From a virus (Duplodnaviria > Caudoviricetes): DNA of 32,109 nt. Made by a program: the position numbers and the translations under genes. The first letter of the stretch is position 1, and each line of letters opens with the position of its first letter. The stretch is taken from positions 1-32,109 of the IMG/VR virus record IMGVR_UViG_3300005764_002748; one strand, 5' to 3'. Below the pieces are notes generated by a model that did no database searches, had not been told where the DNA came from, and saw only the letters and a list, made by a program, of their open reading frames with translations. Positions 25,671 through 32,109 of this stretch are shown piece after piece.

Positions 25671-26492
25671 TTATGAGAGCGGAGTTCCCTTATAACGCAC
25701 GACGAAGCCCGCGTTGGGCACCGCCCCCGCGCCCGCCTCCGTGACGCGCTGCACCCACACCGGGAAGCCCTCGGTATACCGCAGGGTGCCCAGCGAAATG
25801 GGGGAAGAATAAGATGGCTGCCGGAAATTGATGCCGGTGGGTGGGGTAGTGGGCACATCAATGCTGTCGGCAATAACGTTGATGGGACTGCCACTGACGA
25901 TTTTGCCTACCGTCACGGCGGTACATCCGAGGAGGGTGCTGATGTCACCGTGGCCGAGGATCGGCTGGAAGCGGTTGCCGTCTTCGCCCTGGAACGCCAC
26001 CTGGAAGGTGGAGTTTTGTCCTAGTTGGCTGGCGGTTACGCTGACGCCGCTCAGGGGCGGGGTGGTGATGGAGTTCAGGGCGACTTGCAAATTAAAACCC
26101 CAGGTGGCCAGGTCGGCGCTCCAGTCCCATCGGACCACGTTGCTTTCGTAGATAATATTCAGATAACCGCCGGTAATATTGCCAGTGACCACGATCTGCT
26201 GCACGTCGTTCTGGGTGTTAATGCCGAGGAAAATGGAGCCACTTCCCGCCGTCACGGACTCGATCCAGATGGCCGTGTTGAAAAAATTGTCGGTGGCGCT
26301 GTTGTTGAAAATATAAAAGCAGCGATAGTCGGTGTAGCCCTGCTGCGTCTGGGTGTCGGTCAAATCGCTAAACAGGTTGTTCAGGCCCGCACTGATCTGG
26401 TGCGACGACGGCTCGTCGCCCAGCGACTTGCTGGGGTCCGTATTGCTGGCACCGCCGGATAAAACGAAAACGATGTCGCTGGTCTGGATCAT
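25671..26492 (-). CDS. Putative virion structural protein
   Basis: Start MIQTSDIVFVLSGGASNTDP overlaps the upstream stop (ATGA); NNLFSD..DYRCFYIFN..FPVWVQR; S/T/G/N-rich. Confidence 0.65.
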   Translation of the reverse strand: MIQTSDIVFVLSGGASNTDPSKSLGDEPSSHQISAGLNNLFSDLTDTQTQQGYTDYRCFYIFNNSATDNFFNTAIWIESVTAGSGSIFLGINTQNDVQQIVVTGNITGGYLNIIYESNVVRWDWSADLATWGFNLQVALNSITTPPLSGVSVTASQLGQNSTFQVAFQGEDGNRFQPILGHGDISTLLGCTAVTVGKIVSGSPINVIADSIDVPTTPPTGINFRQPSYSSPISLGTLRYTEGFPVWVQRVTEAGAGAVPNAGFVVRYKGTPLS

Positions 26493-26776
26493 TCGGCCAA
26501 CCTCATTTTGGTCAATATATAACGAACGTTGCGCTCCGTGTAACCCGTCATGCTGGCGATTTCGCTCGCCGCCCATCCCCGGTCGGCAAGCTGGCGCACG
26601 GCATCGTGGCCGGTCTTCAGGCGGTTGGGCCGGATGCCGTTGTGGTGCAACACGCGATATATTTCCGCCTGGGATTTACCGCACTGCTGAGCGATCTCGG
26701 CAATCTTTAGGTCCGGCCTATTCAGGTACAGGCCGATCACTTCGCCGTCCCAGAAGAACTCCTTGAAGGTATTCAT
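26489..26776 (-). CDS. Tandem helix-turn-helix protein with CTS-like N-terminus
   Basis: IAEIAQQCGKSQAEIYRVL and ASEIASMTGYTERNVRYIL; begins MNTFKEFF; TAAATA-N8-ATG. Confidence 0.8.
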   Translation of the reverse strand: MNTFKEFFWDGEVIGLYLNRPDLKIAEIAQQCGKSQAEIYRVLHHNGIRPNRLKTGHDAVRQLADRGWAASEIASMTGYTERNVRYILTKMRLAE

Positions 26777-26793
26777 GGCTACAATATTTAGGG

Positions 26794-26822
26794 TTGACCC
26801 GACTTTATTTTACTGATAGGCT
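26794..26822 (+). promoter_or_regulatory. Sigma70-like leaderless promoter
   Basis: TTGACC-N17-TAGGCT with TG extension, 7 nt before ATG 26830; no SD. Confidence 0.6.
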
Positions 26823-26829
26823 CAACAAC

Positions 26830-27600
26830 ATGCGCACCATCGAGGTTCAGTGGCTTATTTCCCGCGAGGCGGAAAAGCCCCGCATATTGCAGGTGTACCG
26901 GCAGGGCTTGGAATACGCACTCTTGTCCGCCGACAACCGGCAATGCTGCCACTTCGTCTGGTGCAAGGATTTCCTACAAGACGCCATCCAGGGGCATCTG
27001 TATGAGGAAGCCAAGGAAAAATATGGTTTCGAGTACGACCCGTCGCAGCACCCGCCCCTGGACCTGACGCGGGCACGCATTCTTATCACGAACTCGCGGG
27101 ACAGCGATTTCGGCAATAAAATTCCACGCTGCCTCGACTTTTTGAACCAGATCGAGGCCCGACTCAAACTTCGTAAGACCACTTGTGCCCGTTGCCTGCC
27201 GACCCCACGGAAATATCAGAAGTGCGGGGTCTGGCTGTTCGAGGGCAGCCGCCTCTGGCAAGTCGCCCCACCCATGCTGTCAATGTACACGCTGATGATC
27301 CGGGTGGGGTTCGTCCACGAGGTAGGCACTCCCTGGAACTTCACCATGAATAAGGTGGAGTCCGGGGCCATGACCCCGTACCAGTCGGGGCGCTACACTT
27401 CCGATAAAACCCAACTTGTGGAGGCCCGCGAAGGCATCCGCAAGATCATGCGGTTTGGGCCTCGTCGCATTTTCCACCGGAACATCCGCGAGAATTACCC
27501 GGAGGACTTGGACCTGGATACGATGCACAACGAGATGGGCATTGTGTCCTTTTCCCTCAATACGACGAGACTCTACGTTCCCTACTGGCACCGTTACTAA
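26830..27600 (+). CDS. Hypothetical protein, first gene of COOH-NH2 ligase operon
   Basis: 256 aa; CKDFLQDAI, FLNQIE and SMYTLMIR motifs. Confidence 0.75.
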   Translation: MRTIEVQWLISREAEKPRILQVYRQGLEYALLSADNRQCCHFVWCKDFLQDAIQGHLYEEAKEKYGFEYDPSQHPPLDLTRARILITNSRDSDFGNKIPRCLDFLNQIEARLKLRKTTCARCLPTPRKYQKCGVWLFEGSRLWQVAPPMLSMYTLMIRVGFVHEVGTPWNFTMNKVESGAMTPYQSGRYTSDKTQLVEAREGIRKIMRFGPRRIFHRNIRENYPEDLDLDTMHNEMGIVSFSLNTTRLYVPYWHRY

Positions 27601-27611
27601 GGAGTGGTCTT

Positions 27612-28529
27612 ATGGAGTTTACCTTCGGCAGCGATCCTGAGTTCATGCTCATGAAGGGCGGCAAATACTACAGCGCCATCGGCATCGTCCAGGGCGACCG
27701 CGTTCACCGTCTCGACAAAGGCGGGCATCAGTTTTACTACGACAACGTTCTTGCCGAGTGCGCCATCAAGCCCGGTAAGACCCGCGAGGAGGTCGTCAAC
27801 AACGTCCGTGACTGCCTGCGCATCTACGCCAAGATGGTCAAGCCCTACAAACTAACCGTCCAAGCGTCCCAGGAATACCCGGAGAGCCAGATGAAAACCA
27901 AGGAGGCCCGCGAGGTCGGTTGCGTGGAGGAATGGGATGCCTACACCCTCCAGGTGATCGAGGCCCCCAAGGAGGTCGTTAAGAAGACCAACTTTCGCAC
28001 GGCGGGCGGGCACATCCACCTGGGGGGTGGCGGCATCTTGCAAAATTCGTGGGAGAAGCCCTTTATCGTCTACATGCTGGATTTATTCCTGGGCGTGCCC
28101 TCGTTATTCCTCGACCGCGACCACACCGCCAAGGACCGCCGCAGTATGTACGGTTTCGCCGGCAGCCACCGCGACAAGGATTACGGCCTCGAATACCGCC
28201 CCCTGACGGCCTTCTGGCTGGAAAGTCCGAAGCGCGTGGCGTTGGCTTGGGACATCTGCGACTTCGTACTGACCTTCGTGACCAAGGGCGGGCACAAGCG
28301 CTTCTGGGAACTCAACGAGGAAATGCTGGGCGAGGATGACCCCTCCGTGGCCTACCAATGCTTCGGCTACGACAAGCAGGCATTGCAGAAGGCCATCAAC
28401 GAGTGCGACAAGAAGATGGGCCAGACTTTTATGCTGATCGTGGAACAATATCTCCCCGACCGCCTGGCGAGCCGCATTCGGGAAGACCAACCAACCGAGG
28501 GATTGTACAAGGAATGGGCACTGGACTAA
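27612..28529 (+). CDS. phiEco32-like COOH-NH2 ligase type 2
   Basis: FTFGSDPEFML, YDNVLAE, RTAGGHIHLG, RRSMYGFAG, YGLEYRP; AAGGAG SD. Confidence 0.85.
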   Translation: MEFTFGSDPEFMLMKGGKYYSAIGIVQGDRVHRLDKGGHQFYYDNVLAECAIKPGKTREEVVNNVRDCLRIYAKMVKPYKLTVQASQEYPESQMKTKEAREVGCVEEWDAYTLQVIEAPKEVVKKTNFRTAGGHIHLGGGGILQNSWEKPFIVYMLDLFLGVPSLFLDRDHTAKDRRSMYGFAGSHRDKDYGLEYRPLTAFWLESPKRVALAWDICDFVLTFVTKGGHKRFWELNEEMLGEDDPSVAYQCFGYDKQALQKAINECDKKMGQTFMLIVEQYLPDRLASRIREDQPTEGLYKEWALD

Positions 28530-29170
28530 AAACCTTCATCGTCAACCGGGGTACGGCCAAGGGCTGCGTCGTGCTACTGCCGGGGCGGTTTGGCAGCGCC
28601 TTGCACCTGATGCAATTATACCAGGCAGCCGAACTGCACGAGACGACGCTGGTTGGCATAGAACCGGAGGTCGAGTGGTATCCCATCCCCAACGGTGTTG
28701 GCGATCAAATTGACGCCGTGCGCGGGATGAAGAAGTCCCGCAAATCGTTGCTGCGGCACCTGAACCTTTTGGAGAAACACTCTGGCCTATCCAGCCACCA
28801 AATCGCGCTGGTCGGGTTTTCGGCGGGCGCGGTCATGGCGGTCCAGTGTGCGCTCCGAAGCGACAAGGAGTTCGCTGGGGTAGTAGCGCATTCGGGGGCC
28901 ATTCTCCAGCCACGCAAAACCCCAACGGCTTGGTTCCCGGACATGCCGTTCCTGTTGATTCACAACCGGCAGGACGACTGTTTCAACTGGCACGAGCGCT
29001 ACCTCCCCATGAAAAAGGCCCTTAGTCGGCGGGGCCACTCGGTCCAAACGGTGGAGAAGAACGATCCGGCCTCAGCCCATGCGCTAACCTACGAGGACGT
29101 TGTATCCTCCGCGATATTTCTGGCACCCCGGTTGGGCTATAGTGACTGGCAGCACAGCACGCAGCGTTGA
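28514..29170 (+). CDS. Alpha/beta hydrolase (phospholipase/carboxylesterase family)
   Basis: VLLPG, LVGFSAGA nucleophile elbow, HSG, LIHNRQDD (Asp), AHAL (His); start overlaps the ligase end. Confidence 0.85.
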   Translation: MGTGLKTFIVNRGTAKGCVVLLPGRFGSALHLMQLYQAAELHETTLVGIEPEVEWYPIPNGVGDQIDAVRGMKKSRKSLLRHLNLLEKHSGLSSHQIALVGFSAGAVMAVQCALRSDKEFAGVVAHSGAILQPRKTPTAWFPDMPFLLIHNRQDDCFNWHERYLPMKKALSRRGHSVQTVEKNDPASAHALTYEDVVSSAIFLAPRLGYSDWQHSTQR

Positions 29171-29842
29171 GCGGATGCGGCGGCACGCCGGGCGGACATC
29201 CACTATACGGCATTTGTGACATTGCCACAATAGGCCAAGCTCTCGAAACGCCTTCACTTCCAAGATGAGCCGTTTTTTGTGGATCGCCTCCCGGCACCGG
29301 CACACATTGCATGTAGTTTTGATGAAGCCCGCACGGTCCTGCCGCCTGTGCCGCCGACCTTTATGCCGGGGGCGGTTGGCCTGGTAATACTCCAGCAGGT
29401 CCGCCGGCATCTCCGGGATGGGGAAATCGAGATGACCCCACTGGTATTTGTGGCCCATTTCGTGGGTGCTGGGCGGAAGGACCGACTGGTGGCGGTGCGC
29501 CCGAAACTCGATCCCCAGGAATCGCGTACTGGTGAGGCGTGGATCGGGGTTGAGGAAAAGGTGGTGGGTGGACTTGGAGCTTCGCCAGAAGGGGTGCGAG
29601 TAAGTGCCGATGAGTTTCTTTATTACGTCGTCGGCCTCCTCGGTATCCCCCTCCACGTCCACCAGCCGGCCCAGCAGGAGGCCCATATTGCTGGTCGGGT
29701 TGGCTTGGAAATACCCGCGACATCGGCCCTGGTCCCAATCATCATTCCAGCGAGGCCACACTGGTATCTTGCTATCGGGGAACAGGGGAATTACCTGGAG
29801 TCCCATCTTCGCGTAATAGTCGAAATACTCCAGGGTCGTCAT
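29084..29842 (-). CDS. Prim-Pol (bifunctional primase/polymerase N-terminal) domain protein with C-terminal Zn finger
   Basis: YAKMGLQVIPL..SKIP..NMGLLLG.LVDVEGD..THHLF..IEFR..SVLPPSTH..YQW; CNVC..CHKC. Start placed at MTTLEY. Confidence 0.8.
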   Translation of the reverse strand: MTTLEYFDYYAKMGLQVIPLFPDSKIPVWPRWNDDWDQGRCRGYFQANPTSNMGLLLGRLVDVEGDTEEADDVIKKLIGTYSHPFWRSSKSTHHLFLNPDPRLTSTRFLGIEFRAHRHQSVLPPSTHEMGHKYQWGHLDFPIPEMPADLLEYYQANRPRHKGRRHRRQDRAGFIKTTCNVCRCREAIHKKRLILEVKAFRELGLLWQCHKCRIVDVRPACRRIRSTLRAVLPVTIAQPGCQKYRGGYNVLVG

Positions 29843-30022
29843 AAATACTCTCGTGAGGCTGAACTTCAAAGCGTGGCTGGAACGCACCGAGAAGGCGACG
29901 AAACACCTGTCCTCCGACAAAAGAAGGAGGTTGGACAGAGTTCGAGACTTGCGCCCTGCCGGGAATAATACGCCGGACACAAACGATTGGGCACCCGTAA
30001 GCGTGTCCAATAAATATTGGCG

Positions 30023-30163
30023 CTAACGTTGGGAAATGATGGCCTCACGCGCGTCGGCGCGCGTCAGACACTCGACCTTCTTGCCGTTCTTTTGCGCCCA
30101 CTCGACTATTTTAAGAAGGCCCTTCTCGCGGATTTTCTGGAGCCAGAAGTTCTTGAGTTTCAT
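30023..30163 (-). CDS. Small basic hypothetical protein (46 aa; not in ORF track)
   Basis: GAGAGG then MKLKNFWLQKIREKGLLKIVEWAQKNGKKVECLTRADAREAIISQR*. Confidence 0.5.
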   Translation of the reverse strand: MKLKNFWLQKIREKGLLKIVEWAQKNGKKVECLTRADAREAIISQR

Positions 30164-30198
30164 GTGCCTCTCGCATTCCGGGAAAATAAGGGGTAATT

Positions 30199-31104
30199 AT
30201 GCGTGCCTTGGTTACAGGTGGTACAGGTTTTATTGGGTCGGCCTTGGCTCGACGCCTGGTGGCCCTCGGTAACGACGTTATTATAACAGGCAACCAAACC
30301 GAGCAACAAGTCGCAGTTTCCAAAATACTCGAACCCGGTCTGCTCGGCATCGACTGGAGCCAGGTGAACAATATCGACGTGGTATTCCACCAGGCGGCAA
30401 ATAACGACACTCTCTGCGACGACCGCGAGGCCATGTTCCAGGCCAACGTCAAGGCGTCGATATACCTGTTCGCCAAGTGCCTACAAGCCGGCTGCAAGGA
30501 CTTTGTTTTCGCCTCATCCACTGCCGTCTACGGCAACGAGCCGGCACCGTATATTGAGGGCAAAACCAGGCTGGCCCCGCTCAACCACTACGCCGATTCC
30601 AAGGTTTCTCTGGAATCCGTGGCCCAGGATTTCGGCCAGCGTTTCGGCGTCAAGGTCGTCGGCCTCCGATATTGCAACGTCTACGGGCCGGGCGAGGCGC
30701 ACAAGGGACGACGAGCCAGCATGGTCTTCCAGATGATCCGGCACATGCTTACTGACGGCCCGCCCAGACTTTTCAGATATGGAGAGCAACGCCGTGATTA
30801 TATCCACGTCGATGACGTGGTGGAAGCCAACTTACTGGCCTGGAAATACGAGAGGAGCGATATTTTCAACTGCGGCGCGGGGGAGGCCACGGCGTTTATT
30901 GATGTATACCACAATATTGCCGAGGCGCTGGGGTGGGAAAATAAGCCCGAACCAATCTGGATCGACAACCCGCACGCGAAGACCTACCAGAACTATACGG
31001 AATGTGACATGAAAAAGGCGGAATCCTTGCTGGGGTTCAAGCCTCAAATATCCCTGCCAGAAGGGATTAAAAGTTACATCAAGACTTTAGCTTGTCGAGG
31101 ATGA
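30199..31104 (+). CDS. NAD-dependent epimerase, ADP-L-glycero-D-manno-heptose 6-epimerase (HldD/RfaD)-like
   Basis: VTGGTGFIG, ASSTAVYG, PLNHYADSK (YxxxK), GLRYCNVYGPGEAHKGRRASMVFQ and YQNYTECD resemble HldD-specific segments. Confidence 0.8.
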   Translation: MRALVTGGTGFIGSALARRLVALGNDVIITGNQTEQQVAVSKILEPGLLGIDWSQVNNIDVVFHQAANNDTLCDDREAMFQANVKASIYLFAKCLQAGCKDFVFASSTAVYGNEPAPYIEGKTRLAPLNHYADSKVSLESVAQDFGQRFGVKVVGLRYCNVYGPGEAHKGRRASMVFQMIRHMLTDGPPRLFRYGEQRRDYIHVDDVVEANLLAWKYERSDIFNCGAGEATAFIDVYHNIAEALGWENKPEPIWIDNPHAKTYQNYTECDMKKAESLLGFKPQISLPEGIKSYIKTLACRG

Positions 31105-31516
31105 TGTTGGACGGTAGACCCTCCTGTAGAAGTCTCAAGGCGTAGCGAGCCACGCGATTTAGTTCTTGGGCCTTCTTGCTGTTCTCCGAAAAGGAAATTA
31201 CTTGAAGGTTGCCAAGCTCATAGTGCCCGTAGCTATCTATGCGATCTACCGATGGACGCACCCCAGAGTGAGTTTCCAAGAATTCTTCATAGCGAGGCTT
31301 GGCCCAAAAATAAAACTCACTTTTTGTCATTCGTAATTCCACATTACAATATGGGCCACTCTTGGCCTTACTTCGTTTACAGATAGCGTACCAGGCCGAT
31401 TTAATCTTCTGATCTGTGGAATCCTTAACCGCAGCGTACCGCCTGTGATCCTTGCTACGTTTACAGTTTGGACAACGACCTTGAAACGTTTCGCCACACT
31501 TTTTACAAACTCGCAT
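31079..31516 (-). CDS. HNH-like endonuclease with N-terminal Zn ribbon
   Basis: CKKC..CPNC; PSVDRIDSYGHYELGNLQVISFSEN; GAGGAGG SD; TGtTATAAT upstream; AT-rich. Confidence 0.75.
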   Translation of the reverse strand: MRVCKKCGETFQGRCPNCKRSKDHRRYAAVKDSTDQKIKSAWYAICKRSKAKSGPYCNVELRMTKSEFYFWAKPRYEEFLETHSGVRPSVDRIDSYGHYELGNLQVISFSENSKKAQELNRVARYALRLLQEGLPSNIILDKLKS

Positions 31517-31542
31517 ATATCCCTCCTCAACCATATTATAAC

Positions 31543-31574
31543 AAAAGGGCGGAAGAAATAAATTCTTCCGCCCT
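31543..31574 (-). terminator. Rho-independent terminator
   Basis: AGGGCGGAAGAA-N5-TTCTTCCGCCCT with TTT on the minus strand, downstream of the 31609 stop. Confidence 0.8.
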
Positions 31575-31608
31575 AGTATTGGTATCAAGGAAGGGATCGA
31601 GCAGTACG

Positions 31609-32109
31609 TTAACCTCGTCCGTTCCGCTTCTTCCACTCGTTGAAGCCGTCCGAACCGCCCAACGGCGGGCCGACTCGACCCTGGGGCGCGAAACCGACCT
31701 CACCCGGCTGCGGTTCTCTCTGCGTGACGGCAGCATTGGGGTCCGTAGGCGGCAGGAGTGCTTCCTCCTGATACTCGGTCCAGCCGTCGCCGTTCTTGAT
31801 ATTTTGCGGGGTCATCATGGACTTGACGCTCGCCAGCCACTCGTCCTCGTTGTGAAGGAAGGCTTCTTTGCGCATGTTCTTCCGCATGTTCTTCTTCATA
31901 TTTTTCTTCATGCGAGCCATGCCCATCTTCATCATCATGTCCATGTCGTCGCCGCCATGACCGGGGTGCATTGGCTTCTTGTGCATGGCCGACTTGCCGT
32001 TCAGAGGACCACCCGGACGGTGCGGGTGAGGATGACCGCCCAGGTCGTCCCCCAGGTCACCACCACCCTCATCGTCCAAACCGGCGTCGTCGTCGCCCAG
32101 GCCCGCGTC
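31609..32109 (-). CDS. Low-complexity protein (5'-partial) ending in GFNEWKKR
   Basis: Frame is open to the window edge (DAGLGDDDAGLDDE..); D/G-rich, then M/K-rich MKKN repeats. Confidence 0.72.
   Translation of the reverse strand, partial: DAGLGDDDAGLDDEGGGDLGDDLGGHPHPHRPGGPLNGKSAMHKKPMHPGHGGDDMDMMMKMGMARMKKNMKKNMRKNMRKEAFLHNEDEWLASVKSMMTPQNIKNGDGWTEYQEEALLPPTDPNAAVTQREPQPGEVGFAPQGRVGPPLGGSDGFNEWKKRNGRG

Noticed and set aside
28358-28513. Long N-terminal extensions given by the ORF track (also 2762, 3883, 20450, 23410, 26576, 30010, 31636)
   Set aside because: They overlap neighbouring genes, promoters or terminators; downstream starts have SD, promoter, stop-start coupling or domain-boundary support.
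1-32109. Stop-codon reassignment as seen in some large phages
   Set aside because: Conserved genes are full-length under the standard code, and TAA, TAG and TGA all end genes at expected positions.
1-32109. tRNA genes, introns/inteins, integrase or IS elements
   Set aside because: No cloverleaf/T-loop signature was seen in the short intergenic gaps, no conserved gene appears split around the endonucleases, and no transposase or integrase motifs were recognised by eye.

Overview
The window is a gene-dense segment of a large T4-like (jumbo/myovirus-type) phage genome in the standard genetic code, with frequent strand switching. It opens inside a gp23-family major capsid gene and ends inside a low-complexity gene. 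Recognisable genes include a gp19-like tail-tube homologue, an HU protein, two C39-like peptidases, a trypsin-like protease, a Dam-type methylase and a Prim-Pol domain protein. There are four free-standing endonuclease-family genes and a set of host-type auxiliary genes: L-lysine 6-aminotransferase, glutamate dehydrogenase, McsA, an HldD-like epimerase, a GT9-like glycosyltransferase, a phiEco32-type COOH-NH2 ligase and an esterase. The main pattern not explained by gene families is a short F-x-[ED]-[WF] peptide recurring in about 13 unrelated proteins. It resembles the T4 internal-protein capsid targeting sequence, and many of the same genes have a TANATA box 4-8 nt before the ATG with no Shine-Dalgarno, suggesting a leaderless late regulon of head-packaged cargo. 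A 66-aa protein also carries a protein-level copy of the capsid's conserved CPYVP segment. A Planctomycete/PVC host is plausible but only inferred. All calls come from motif recognition by eye; no searches were run.
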